This document shows positions 45,593 through 55,121 of a stretch of 63,858 nt of DNA, piece after piece. This DNA is from a virus. Taxonomy: Duplodnaviria; Caudoviricetes. The DNA lies in the IMG/VR virus record IMGVR_UViG_3300045282_000203, positions 1 through 63,858 of that record, one strand, 5' to 3'. The position numbers and the translations under genes are program-made. The first letter of the stretch is position 1. Each line of letters begins with the position of its first letter. Under the pieces are notes generated by a model that did no database searches, was not told the origin of the DNA, and saw only the letters and a list, made by a program, of their open reading frames with translations.

Positions 45593-48028
45593 ATGACCGC
45601 AAGGAAGTTCGTATCGCTCACCAGTGGCCAGCCTACGCAATATCAGGTCCAGTTCCACGACCTGATCGGCGTGGGCGAGGTGGCGCCGTCGAACCCCGCC
45701 TTTGGGTATCAGATCTCCTGGGTCGACAGCACCAGCGGGGTGCTCAGTATCAAGGACAGCTCTGGCACCACCTGGACGCCCATCCTTCAGGGGCAGAGCG
45801 GATCCGCGCACCAGTTCGCCATCGGCACCGCGACCACGGGTGGCGCCCTGCTCTTCGCGCAGCCCGACTTCACGGATCTAACTGGGGCGGCGACAGCTGG
45901 ACAGTTGCCAGCACTCAATGCCATCACCGCGCCAACGGCAGATCTAAGCCTCAACGGTCACAAGATCACGAGCCTTGCTGATCCAATCGGCAACCAGGAT
46001 GCCGTCAATCTTCAAACCCTGATCTCCTATCTGAACGATCAGGACAGTAAGGCTGAATGCGCCTATGCGACGGCGGCAGCCCTTGCGGCCAACTCGTACG
46101 CGAACGGTTCTAGTGGTGTAGGCGCTACGCTCACCGCTTCCGCAAATGGTCCACTCATCATCGACGGGATCACCACGGTTCTCGCGGCAGCGGGTCTGCG
46201 TGTGATCGTTAACAACGAGACTGGCTCTCACAACGGCATCTACACGATCACGCAGCAAGGCATCATCGCCGTGCAGCCGTGGATCCTCACTAGGGCTACG
46301 GACTTCGACCAGCCTGCTGAGATCAATCCTGGCGACATCATCCCGGTCAAAGCTCCGAGTGGGTTATCGGCGGGACTCACGAATGATGGCAAGGTCTTCA
46401 TCACGGTAGCACCTAACCCATTCACGGTTGGCACCGACACGGTAAGTTTCTCGATCACCGGCAACACCTATTCTGCTGGCACCGGACTAACACTGACGGG
46501 CACGTCCTTCTCCGTGAACTACGGCACAACCGCCGGGACATCCTGTGCTGGAAACGATTCCCGACTTGGCGATGCCCGGACCCCCGTTGGGACCGCACTC
46601 CTGTCCGCCAAGTTCTGGGTGGGCAACGGGTCAGATGTCGCGGCGGCCGTCAGCCCGACCGGGGACGTGACCTTCGATAACGCCGGCGTCTTCAGCATCG
46701 GCGCCAACAAGGTGGTGACGGCGAAGATCGCCGACTCCAACGTCACCTTGGCGAAGATCGCCAACATCGGTGATCAGACCCTCCTGGGCAACAACACCGG
46801 TGGTGCCGCTGCCCCAGTCGCCCTCACGGCAACCCAGGCGACGGCCGTGCTGAACGCCATGATCGGGGACGCGGGGTTAGGTGGGACCAAGGGCCTCGTG
46901 CCTGCCCCCGCCGCCGGCGACGCCGCCAAGGTGCTCTCGGGCGCGGGGACCTGGATCGCCAACGGCGGTGGGTCCGGGACCGTCACCAGCGTGGCTATGT
47001 CCGTCCCCAGCTTCCTCAGCGTCAGCGGCAGCCCCATCACGGCCTCCGGCACCCTGGTGGTGACCCTGGCCAACGCCAACGCGAACACTGCCCTCTACGG
47101 GCCGGCTTCTGGAAGTCCCGCTGCACCAACGATCCGAACCATGGTGGGTGCTGATCTGGTGGACCCCTTGGCAACCCAGAATCACAACTCTTCCGACCCA
47201 TCGACACCTGCCGCTGGCTGGGCATCGATCTACTCTCGGCGCATGGCTGGTCTGACGATGTTGCGGATCAGGGGTGAAGACGGACAGGCCTACAACTGCC
47301 AACCCAGCCTTCATGACCTGTTCCAGTTCAACGGCGTCTTCTACAATGGAGCGGCGACAACCACCAACTTAGGTCTCGTTGCTACGGCCACGGGGACGGT
47401 AGCAGCTATCAGCCCTGGGACGGGTTCCTATTCAGGGTCGTGGCAGAGACTGAAGACCACGGCCACAGCGACTTCTAGCAACCTCAGTTCCGGTTACGTC
47501 TTCCCGGTCAACGCCAATCAGCCCGGCCCTTTCTGGGCTGCCACTGGGTCGAACACCGGTTCAGGGTTCTACGTCTCCATGGACTGGTGCCTCGTCACAA
47601 GTACCAGCAACTCCTCGGGGTTCTGTGGGCTCTTTGCGGCCGCAACGCTCATTGGCGCCAACGATCCTGATACCAGAACCAACATCTTCGGACTCGGGTT
47701 CAGACAGGGTGACGCCCCCGGTAACTGGGGGATCGTCAGGAACGACAATGGCACAGCCTCGTTCACGGATCTGGGCAGCAGCGCTCCACGCAATACATCA
47801 ACGGTCCTGTCCTTCCATATCGGCGTCACTCCCGACGTGGGCGGGACCTACTACGCCCGGGTCGTGAATAAATCGACCAATACTCTTGTCCTGGACACCA
47901 GCTACACCTCGTCAATCCCCAGTGCCAGCACGATGATGTCGGCCCAGATGAGCGTGAACAATCGTGCCTCTGGCACCGCTCAGTCCATCTCGTTCGGGAC
48001 TAAGCTCGTTCTCGGCTACACCCTCTAG
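45593..48028 (+). CDS. Tail fibre protein
   Basis: KITSLADP..QDAV, NGIY..W.LTRATDFD, VT.AKI repeats, GLVPAPAAG, GTVTSV. Confidence 0.8.
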   Translation: MTARKFVSLTSGQPTQYQVQFHDLIGVGEVAPSNPAFGYQISWVDSTSGVLSIKDSSGTTWTPILQGQSGSAHQFAIGTATTGGALLFAQPDFTDLTGAATAGQLPALNAITAPTADLSLNGHKITSLADPIGNQDAVNLQTLISYLNDQDSKAECAYATAAALAANSYANGSSGVGATLTASANGPLIIDGITTVLAAAGLRVIVNNETGSHNGIYTITQQGIIAVQPWILTRATDFDQPAEINPGDIIPVKAPSGLSAGLTNDGKVFITVAPNPFTVGTDTVSFSITGNTYSAGTGLTLTGTSFSVNYGTTAGTSCAGNDSRLGDARTPVGTALLSAKFWVGNGSDVAAAVSPTGDVTFDNAGVFSIGANKVVTAKIADSNVTLAKIANIGDQTLLGNNTGGAAAPVALTATQATAVLNAMIGDAGLGGTKGLVPAPAAGDAAKVLSGAGTWIANGGGSGTVTSVAMSVPSFLSVSGSPITASGTLVVTLANANANTALYGPASGSPAAPTIRTMVGADLVDPLATQNHNSSDPSTPAAGWASIYSRRMAGLTMLRIRGEDGQAYNCQPSLHDLFQFNGVFYNGAATTTNLGLVATATGTVAAISPGTGSYSGSWQRLKTTATATSSNLSSGYVFPVNANQPGPFWAATGSNTGSGFYVSMDWCLVTSTSNSSGFCGLFAAATLIGANDPDTRTNIFGLGFRQGDAPGNWGIVRNDNGTASFTDLGSSAPRNTSTVLSFHIGVTPDVGGTYYARVVNKSTNTLVLDTSYTSSIPSASTMMSAQMSVNNRASGTAQSISFGTKLVLGYTL

Positions 48029-48037
48029 GAGCCCACC

Positions 48038-48400
48038 ATGGCCAATAAACCTGACCTCTCCTTGCTGCTCGTCGCACTCAACCGTGCCCGCATCCCCTTC
48101 CAGATCGTTTCCCTGGACGACGGAGATATCCACTTCCGCGTTCGCATCACCAACTCTGACGGTCTTATGCAGGAAGGGACCATCGGCGACGTCTACCTCG
48201 CTGGATCCTGGCTCTACACTGAAGCGGTGAAGGGCTGGCCAGATAAGGTGCTCGACTTCAGCCCTATCAGGTCTGAGCTAGTTCAATCAACTCCTGGTGA
48301 TGAGATGTGGCAGCAGGCCCCCGTGCTAGGAACACAGAATGACGGTTCTCCGGCTCTCACCACTACCCGCGTGGCACCTGATGCCGAGGTGCAACCGTGA
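48038..48400 (+). CDS. Hypothetical protein (possible fibre chaperone)
   Basis: Follows the fibre gene; GGAG RBS. Confidence 0.5.
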   Translation: MANKPDLSLLLVALNRARIPFQIVSLDDGDIHFRVRITNSDGLMQEGTIGDVYLAGSWLYTEAVKGWPDKVLDFSPIRSELVQSTPGDEMWQQAPVLGTQNDGSPALTTTRVAPDAEVQP

Positions 48401-48750
48401 AGTCCTTAGCTCTCAGCCCTCAACCAGTCTGGGATCTCACTGTCGATGCCATCGGAAACATCGCCACCGTTGATGGACCTGCCGCCATGGAGCAGAACGT
48501 CGCCTGCGCCGCGAAGACCTTCCTCGGCGAGCTCTACTACAACACCAGCGCTGGTGTTCCCTACTTCCGTGACGTTCTCGGTCGACGCTACAACCCCACC
48601 CTCCTCCAGGCCTACCTGAACAAAGCCGCGCTGACGGTGACGGGTGTCGTTAAGGCCAGGACCATCATCACCGGCTTTGTTGATCGCACCATCACCGGGC
48701 GGATCGAGTTCATCGACACCGACGGTCAGTCCCGTGGCGTAAACTTCTAA
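48397..48750 (+). CDS. Baseplate wedge (gp25/W-like) protein
   Basis: WDL.VD..GNIA, Q.VA...TF.GE.YY...GVPY. Confidence 0.8.
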   Translation: MKSLALSPQPVWDLTVDAIGNIATVDGPAAMEQNVACAAKTFLGELYYNTSAGVPYFRDVLGRRYNPTLLQAYLNKAALTVTGVVKARTIITGFVDRTITGRIEFIDTDGQSRGVNF

Positions 48751-48760
48751 CGAGGCTCTC

Positions 48761-49987
48761 ATGTCTACCGTCCCACAACCAGTCCTCGGTCCAGCAGGTT
48801 TCGTCGCCCCTGACGAAGCCACCATCCTCTCAGCGGTCCAGGCCGACATCGACACCGCCTTCGGTGGTGGGCTAGACCCAGGTCCGAGCACACCTCAGGG
48901 TCAGTTGGCGACCAGCGAGACGGCGATCATCGCTGAGAAGGACTCGATGTTCCTCTACTACGTCTCGCAGACCGATCCGCGCTACGCCCAGGGTCGGATG
49001 CAGGACGCTCTCGGCTACATCTACTTCATGGACCGAGACCCGGCTGAGCCCACCGTTGTCACCTGCACCTGCACCGGGCTCTCTGGGACGGTAATCCCAA
49101 CGAACGCTCAGGCCACTGATGCCTCAGGAAACATCTACTTCTGTCTCGCTGGCGCTACCATCCCTGGTGGTGGTTCTATCAGCCTCCAGTTCGCCAACGT
49201 GAAGACCGGCCCTATCCCATGTCTCGCTGGCACTCTCAACCGGATCTACGTCGCCATCCCGGGGTGGGACACGATCACGAACGCTGCAGATGGCATCCTC
49301 GGTCGTAATGTGGAGACCGCTCAGGCCTTTGAGTTTCGCAGGAAGAACAGTGTGGCCCTGAACGCCATCGGTAGTCTCCCTTCCGTCTACGCTGCGGTGT
49401 TCTCAGCTGGCACCGTTCCACCCTCGGATGTGTACGCGACTGAGAACACCACCAGTGTGCCCATCGTGGTAGGTGGTGTCACCCTCGCCGCGCACTCGCT
49501 CTACATCGCCGCTGTAGGTGGTGACAACCAGTCCATCGGTGAGGCGATGTGGAAGAAGAAGGCAGTGGGCTGTGACTACAACGGGAACACCACCGTCACC
49601 GTCACTGATTCTGGTAGCGCGACCAACCCATACGCAACGCCTCTACCGACCTACACGGTGAAGTTCGAGCGCCCGGCTTCTCATACCATCTACTTCAAGG
49701 TGAGCATCGTCAATGACCCAGCTCTGCCTGGTAACATCGCGGATCTGATCAAGGCTGCGGTGGTCGCGACCTTCACGGGCACCGACGGCAGTGCCCCTGA
49801 GCGAATCGGCTCGACGGTCTACGCCAGCAAGTTCTACGCAGCTGTTCTGAGCACCGACCCATCGGTGCAGATCATCTCGATCTTCGTAGGCACCGCACCC
49901 AGTCCTTCCTCAGGGCTTAGTGTTTCCAATCGCATCGACCAGTACCCAGTAACTGCTCTTGGTGATATCGTCGTGGTGCTCGTGTGA
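48761..49987 (+). CDS. Baseplate J-like wedge protein
   Basis: TPQGQL, DP..A.GRMQDA.G.IYF..R, IPGWD.ITN, E....FE.RR..SVA. Confidence 0.88.
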   Translation: MSTVPQPVLGPAGFVAPDEATILSAVQADIDTAFGGGLDPGPSTPQGQLATSETAIIAEKDSMFLYYVSQTDPRYAQGRMQDALGYIYFMDRDPAEPTVVTCTCTGLSGTVIPTNAQATDASGNIYFCLAGATIPGGGSISLQFANVKTGPIPCLAGTLNRIYVAIPGWDTITNAADGILGRNVETAQAFEFRRKNSVALNAIGSLPSVYAAVFSAGTVPPSDVYATENTTSVPIVVGGVTLAAHSLYIAAVGGDNQSIGEAMWKKKAVGCDYNGNTTVTVTDSGSATNPYATPLPTYTVKFERPASHTIYFKVSIVNDPALPGNIADLIKAAVVATFTGTDGSAPERIGSTVYASKFYAAVLSTDPSVQIISIFVGTAPSPSSGLSVSNRIDQYPVTALGDIVVVLV

Positions 49988-50547
49988 TCAACCTTGAGTC
50001 TACCATCCTCAGCCAGTTCGCCACCAGCCCAGTGCTGATGCAGCTGATCTCAGACTTCAACGTCAACGTGGACCCCACCGCGAACTTTAATGAGTTCTTC
50101 AACAAGGTCTGGAACATCAAGACGGCGGAGACCTACGGTCTTGACAACTGGGGACGGATCGTCGGGGTGCGTCGCACCTTCTCCTACCTCGGGGCCTCCT
50201 ACACCCTCGATGATGAGTCCTTCCTCACCCTGATCCTCGTGAAGGCGTTGGCCAACATCACCAACTGCTCTGCCCCCGTGTTCAACCAGCTCATCAGCCA
50301 ACTCTTTGCCGCTGATGGACGTTGCTACGTCACCGATCCTGGTGGTATGACGATGATCTATGCCTTTGAGTTCATCATCAGTAGCATCGATGAAGCCATC
50401 CTCGCAGGTTCAGGCGCTCTCCCCCACCCCACGGGAGTCAAGACGATCCTTCTCTCACTCATCATCGCCGACACCTTCGGGTTCAAGGACAGCGGCTTCC
50501 AGCCGTTCAACCAGGGAACCTTCGCCAAGCAGATCCACGTCGCCTAG
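49984..50547 (+). CDS. Baseplate wedge protein (DUF2612-type)
   Basis: TILSQFA.SP, VWNI.TA..YGLD.WGRIVGV.R, LP.P.GV, FGF..PFNQG.F. Confidence 0.85.
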   Translation: MINLESTILSQFATSPVLMQLISDFNVNVDPTANFNEFFNKVWNIKTAETYGLDNWGRIVGVRRTFSYLGASYTLDDESFLTLILVKALANITNCSAPVFNQLISQLFAADGRCYVTDPGGMTMIYAFEFIISSIDEAILAGSGALPHPTGVKTILLSLIIADTFGFKDSGFQPFNQGTFAKQIHVA

Positions 50548-50555
50548 GAGCCACC

Positions 50556-51662
50556 ATGCCCCTCACCCCACCACCCCTCCTCCCTGAGCCCTTCGCGAGC
50601 GCGGGCGACAGGAACTCCATCCCTACCAGCCCCGCCAGCCCGGCAGCGAGCCTTCACCAGGGCTGGCCACCGGTGACGAGTGACCCACTCAATGCGGGTG
50701 GCGTGCCGCCTGATAGGCTGGACTTCAACGGCATCTTCTACTGGCTCTCTCAGATCAATCAGTGGCAGCAGGCTGGTGGTCCGGTGACCTGGGACTCCAC
50801 CTTCGAGACCGCCATCGGTGGCTACCCTCAGGGCTCAGTGGTGATGCTGGATGACTTCAGCGCCGTCTACGTGGCACTGCTGGATCCTACCACCACCGAC
50901 CCGAATGACGTGGCGACGCACGGCGTATCTTGGGCCCTGTGGGCTGGTGAACCTACGACAGGCCTCGCACGACTGGCTGCGGTGAGCGGGACGGCGGATG
51001 CCATCATCCTTACCTCAGCGATCGCTCCTGTAGGCGTTGGAGTCAACGTCCTCTTCTTCGTGGTTGCTTCGAACAACACGACGGCGGTGACCCTTACCGT
51101 GGACGGTGCGAGCCCAGTGGCGCTCAGTAGAGATGACGGATCACCCCTCAGCGCGGATGACCTGGTGGCTGGGACAACCTACCAGGCCCTGTACAACGGC
51201 ACTGACTGGCGGTTGTTGAACGAGGTCCCCTCTCAGGCCCCGCCTCCTGTGTACGCTGCGAATGAGGCCGTTGATCAGGCACCCGCGAACACGAGCTCTG
51301 GCACCGCTAAGATGCAGGGGATCGGGGCGCTGATCACTCCGTCGAGCACCGGAAGAGTACTGGTCATCATCTCCGGAGTGATGGGGAACGCTACCGCCAA
51401 CGCTGGTGGTATCACCAACCTGCGCACCGGTACTGGTACGCCGCCTGCTAACGGTGACGCCGTGACCGGTACTCTGCTAGCCGGCACCATGCGGGAGGGT
51501 GTCTACCCAGGCGCGTCTGAGGTGACACCGTTCTCATCTCAGCGAGTTCTCGATGGGCTGACGGTCGGGACGCCTTACTGGTTCGATGCCGATCTCGCTA
51601 CCACCGGTGCTGGAACAGCTTATCTCACTGCCACGACCATCAGTCTCGTAGAGCTTCCGTAG
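50556..51662 (+). CDS. Tail fibre protein
   Basis: PFA..GD.N.IP, AS...G.PP.T.....GG.PP...DFNG, IGGYP.G. Confidence 0.8.
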   Translation: MPLTPPPLLPEPFASAGDRNSIPTSPASPAASLHQGWPPVTSDPLNAGGVPPDRLDFNGIFYWLSQINQWQQAGGPVTWDSTFETAIGGYPQGSVVMLDDFSAVYVALLDPTTTDPNDVATHGVSWALWAGEPTTGLARLAAVSGTADAIILTSAIAPVGVGVNVLFFVVASNNTTAVTLTVDGASPVALSRDDGSPLSADDLVAGTTYQALYNGTDWRLLNEVPSQAPPPVYAANEAVDQAPANTSSGTAKMQGIGALITPSSTGRVLVIISGVMGNATANAGGITNLRTGTGTPPANGDAVTGTLLAGTMREGVYPGASEVTPFSSQRVLDGLTVGTPYWFDADLATTGAGTAYLTATTISLVELP

Positions 51663-51676
51663 CTTAATACTCATCT

Positions 51677-52069
51677 GTGGAGACTAAGATGGGACCGCTT
51701 CTCAAAGATTTCCCACCGTCATTGCTGGTAGCGATCATCATCCTCATGGGCGGAGCGCTGAGCCTCGTTGGTGGGATGCTCTACATCGCCGTTCGGATGA
51801 TCACAAATGGCTTCAAAGAGGCCATCGACAAGATGGACAAGCGGTTGCTAGAGCGTGAACACGACTCTGATCTGATCTGGAAAGATCTAGCCAACGTACG
51901 ACTCGAACGTGAGACGGTCCGAAGGCAACACCCAACGTTTGAGGAACTGCGTGAGCGATTGAAGCCGATGAACCTCCGACTCACCTACCTCGAGACCGCC
52001 AGCAACCCGAACGCGCCACGTCGGCGACTAGATGATCCCGACTCCGGCCCCAATCAAGGAGTGAAGTGA
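51677..52069 (+). CDS. Membrane protein (holin candidate)
   Basis: Single N-terminal TM plus coiled coil, upstream of the endolysin. Confidence 0.5.
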   Translation: METKMGPLLKDFPPSLLVAIIILMGGALSLVGGMLYIAVRMITNGFKEAIDKMDKRLLEREHDSDLIWKDLANVRLERETVRRQHPTFEELRERLKPMNLRLTYLETASNPNAPRRRLDDPDSGPNQGVK

Positions 52070-52641
52070 TGAGTGTTCAACTCACCGAAGACGTCCTGCT
52101 CAGCGTCATGCCTCACGCGCATCAACGCGCTGAGCTCTTTCTCAAGCCGCTTCAGGATGCGGTGGATCGCTACTTCATCAGCGACTCACATACCCGCATC
52201 GCGATGTTCCTCGCCTCCATCGCTGAGGAGAGTGGTGAGCTGCGCTACACGGCGGAGATCGCCTCTGGCTCAGCGTACGAGGGGCGGGCTGACCTGGGCA
52301 ACACCGAGCCGGGAGATGGGGTGAAGTTCAAGGGGCGCGGTCTCATCCAGATCACGGGGAAGGCGAACTACACCAAGATGTCACAAGATCTCTATGGTGA
52401 TGATCGCCTCGTGCAGGACCCCACCCCCATTGAGGAACCTGAGCTTGCGGCGCTCTCAGCGGCGTGGTTCTGGGACTCTCGGAGCCTGAACTTCATCGCC
52501 GATGGTGGGATGGAGCACGCCTTCCTGCGTGTCTCCGAACGAATCAACGGGATCAACCACCTCACTGGCCTGCCCAATCACTGGGCCGAGCGCTGCTTCT
52601 ACTGGGACGCTGCGAAGAAGGCGCTCGAGGTGACGACGTGA
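52066..52641 (+). CDS. Endolysin, glycoside hydrolase family 19
   Basis: AMFLA...EES..L.Y..E, LGN...GDG..FKGRGLIQITG..NY, SAAWFW, ING. Confidence 0.92.
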   Translation: MMSVQLTEDVLLSVMPHAHQRAELFLKPLQDAVDRYFISDSHTRIAMFLASIAEESGELRYTAEIASGSAYEGRADLGNTEPGDGVKFKGRGLIQITGKANYTKMSQDLYGDDRLVQDPTPIEEPELAALSAAWFWDSRSLNFIADGGMEHAFLRVSERINGINHLTGLPNHWAERCFYWDAAKKALEVTT

Positions 52642-53039
52642 CTATCTCTGTGGAGCAGATCAAGAGCATGCTTCCTGAGTCAGGGCTGCTCAAGCTGGCC
52701 GTCTTCCAGACGGGTGGCGAGGGCCCCAGCTCTACGAAGATCGTTTACCTTAACGTAGGACTGATAGCCATCTACGGGTGGCTTCTCATGGTGATCACCT
52801 TCTGCGCCGTCTACGCTTGCAGCGGTGAGGCAGATGGTGTTTTCGCGGGCGTTATCGGATCAGTGCTGCTCGCTATCGTTGGCTTCGCCACCAACGCGCA
52901 AAACACCAAGAACAAAGCGACGGCCGATGCTAGCAAGGTCGTCTCAACTTCGGTGCGGGAAAGCACACCACCGCCCCCGTCAGGAAGCACAACGAAAGTC
53001 ACTGATATCGTAAGTCAACCTGCAGGAGGCACACCATGA
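52638..53039 (+). CDS. Holin-like 2-TM protein
   Basis: GTG overlaps the endolysin stop; SSTK followed by two TM segments. Confidence 0.55.
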   Translation: MTISVEQIKSMLPESGLLKLAVFQTGGEGPSSTKIVYLNVGLIAIYGWLLMVITFCAVYACSGEADGVFAGVIGSVLLAIVGFATNAQNTKNKATADASKVVSTSVRESTPPPPSGSTTKVTDIVSQPAGGTP

Positions 53040-53203
53040 TCGCAATCATCTGGCCGCTCTTCATCGCCGTCATCGGCCTCGTCATGTACTTGATCTCTAC
53101 CAACCCGAAAGTCGCCGAGCTCGGAAAGATACTCTTTCAGGTAGGTGCGCTCTGGACTACCTATGCACTGCTCGGTGCGTCCTTCACCATCGGGAAAGGG
53201 TAG
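53036..53203 (+). CDS. Small 2-TM membrane protein (55 aa)
   Basis: MIAIIWPLFIAVIGLVMYLISTNPKVAELGKILFQVG...; GGAGG RBS. Confidence 0.6.
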   Translation: MIAIIWPLFIAVIGLVMYLISTNPKVAELGKILFQVGALWTTYALLGASFTIGKG

Positions 53204-53206
53204 CTC

Positions 53207-53851
53207 ATGTGGCCAGCGATCAGCGTCTCAGACCAGTTCCTGCAGAGATTCAAGATCGCCGTGCTCTGGTTCGTCGGTGTCGTGGTGGTGATCTCAGGCA
53301 TCTTCGGTCTGGGCTACTGGGTGGCTCTCGGTCATGTGGCCAAGACCGTTACCCAGCAGACGGAGGCTGCCAAGCACTTCGACACCGCGGCTAAGCAGGC
53401 CGATGCCGCAGCCCAGCTCACGGCGAAGCAGGCCCAGACTGAACACGAGTTAGGAGACAGGGTCACCCCTCAGTTGGCGGCTGACACAAAGAGGCTAGCT
53501 CAGACGAGGGCGAGAGTGGGCGCGCTGAAGCCACCGGTGAACCTCCCACTGACCGCCGAGACACCACTCATTGTCGCACTGCAGGAGGAGAACCAAGCAC
53601 ATGAGGCGGTCGAGGCAGACCTGCGCAAGAAGCTCACTCTGAAGACCCTGGAGGCGGATGACTGGCACCGGTCTCGTGATCAGGAGCACGAGGCCTTCGT
53701 GCAGGAGCGGTTGCACAGCCTGGCCCTTGATGGGGTGATCGCTGCTAACGCTGCCCAGGAGAAGAAGGATATCTTCAAGGCTGAGCTCAAGGGCGGCACC
53801 ATCGGCATCGGTATTGGTCTGCTCGGTGGGGCCATCCTCTTCAAGAAGTAG
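53207..53851 (+). CDS. Spanin-like protein
   Basis: N-terminal TM, long Ala-rich coiled coil, C-terminal hydrophobic Gly-rich segment. Confidence 0.55.
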   Translation: MWPAISVSDQFLQRFKIAVLWFVGVVVVISGIFGLGYWVALGHVAKTVTQQTEAAKHFDTAAKQADAAAQLTAKQAQTEHELGDRVTPQLAADTKRLAQTRARVGALKPPVNLPLTAETPLIVALQEENQAHEAVEADLRKKLTLKTLEADDWHRSRDQEHEAFVQERLHSLALDGVIAANAAQEKKDIFKAELKGGTIGIGIGLLGGAILFKK

Positions 53852-53857
53852 ACGCAG

Positions 53858-53900
53858 CAAGAGCCCCGGTGGCCTCTGTGGAAGAGGATCGGGGCTCTTG
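53858..53900. terminator. Stem-loop between the convergent late and early modules
   Basis: CAAGAGCCCCGGT...ATCGGGGCTCTTG. Confidence 0.65.
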
Positions 53901-53902
53901 GT

Positions 53903-54103
53903 CTACTTCGATGAGGTTGTGAGATCTTCAGGCGGGGTGGTGTCTGATCGTTGTAGATCAACAGAGAGAAGCTTCTTAACCACGTCGCGAAGCTTGCTGT
54001 AGCGCTCTTGCTCCGCCTTGATCACCGCATCACGGTAGGACTCCTCCATACTGAGGATGTCTTGGGTTATGGCCTGTCGCCTCTCAGCGGGAATGAGACT
54101 CAT
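53903..54103 (-). CDS. Hypothetical protein
   Basis: MSLIPAERR after GGAG. Confidence 0.5.
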   Translation of the reverse strand: MSLIPAERRQAITQDILSMEESYRDAVIKAEQERYSKLRDVVKKLLSVDLQRSDTTPPEDLTTSSK

Positions 54104-54305
54104 GGGTGCTCCGAGCACGGTGGTTGAGGTGGGTGACGGTGACGAGCAGACTGATCAGTAGCAGTCCGATGAGGAGATAGATCATCAGCACCTCGAGGTG
54201 AGGACGTGGGCTGTGTGGTCGCCACGGTTGTGGTTGTGGCAACTTCGGGCGGTTGTATCCAAGCTGCTTGCGGTGTCGCCAGGTCTTAAAGCGCTGCAAC
54301 ATCAC
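54084..54305 (-). CDS. Hypothetical membrane protein
   Basis: GGAGG RBS; hydrophobic segment. Confidence 0.45.
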   Translation of the reverse strand: MMLQRFKTWRHRKQLGYNRPKLPQPQPWRPHSPRPHLEVLMIYLLIGLLLISLLVTVTHLNHRARSTHESHSR

Positions 54306-54630
54306 AACCTCCTTCGATGATCTTCAGGCTAAGGAACTGACCGAGCAGCACCTCCTTGCGTGAGCCCTTGCTACCCTCCCACCCCGGCGAGAGCACCACG
54401 ACGTCGCGATCCTTGTCGAGACCCCTGATGACGTGAGTACAGTAGTCGAGCGCCTCGTCCCAGCTGAGGTGGTGGGTGTGCATCATGTGGGGTAGCACCG
54501 GCAGGTAGCCTCGCTGAGCTGCCCAGATGGCGGTGATGGCCGCCCGCTTTACGTTCTCGAGGATGACGAGCGGGTCGTCATTGGAGTAGGGTCCGACGAT
54601 GTAGGCCCGCGGGAGAGGTGGTAGGCTCAT
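54286..54630 (-). CDS. DUF4406/DUF1937-like (nucleoside deoxyribosyltransferase-fold) protein
   Basis: AYIVGPYS, G.LP..PH, LSPGWEGSKGSRKE. Confidence 0.7.
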   Translation of the reverse strand: MSLPPLPRAYIVGPYSNDDPLVILENVKRAAITAIWAAQRGYLPVLPHMMHTHHLSWDEALDYCTHVIRGLDKDRDVVVLSPGWEGSKGSRKEVLLGQFLSLKIIEGGCDVAAL

Positions 54631-55121
54631 CGTAGCTGCTCCCAGAGACGGCCTGCTGAGACCCACATCTCTTTCGCGTGGGGCTGGGGGTACTCCTCGT
54701 CGAACACGATGCGCTGACAGCTGGTGTTGAGCAGGAGCTTCACGCACGTGATGCAGGGGCTTGTCGTGCAGTAGCACGTGTGCAGTTGGTAGACGTCTCT
54801 GATCTGCAAAAGCGCGTTTTGCTCGGCGTGGATGGCCTCGCACCCATCGAGGTTGGTGCCGCTCGGGCTGCACGCGCCCGGGCAGGCGTGTGGGAACTCG
54901 GGTACATTTCGACCGAGCTTGCGGTTGATGGTAGGTATGGGATCACGCTCGTTGCAGTGAGGCAGCCCTGCCGCGACACCGTTGTACCCGGTTGAAAGCA
55001 CGTGGCCTCGCTCACTCAGTAGCACACAACCCACCGCTCGGCGGAGACAGGTGGAGCGCTTGGCCGTGACCCTGGCGACTTCCATCGCCCAGCTATCTCG
55101 TGAGGACCTCATAACCACCAC
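54627..55121 (-). CDS. dCMP deaminase
   Basis: RSTCLRRAVG, STGYNG, HAEQNAL, SPCITC. Confidence 0.92.
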   Translation of the reverse strand: MVVMRSSRDSWAMEVARVTAKRSTCLRRAVGCVLLSERGHVLSTGYNGVAAGLPHCNERDPIPTINRKLGRNVPEFPHACPGACSPSGTNLDGCEAIHAEQNALLQIRDVYQLHTCYCTTSPCITCVKLLLNTSCQRIVFDEEYPQPHAKEMWVSAGRLWEQLR

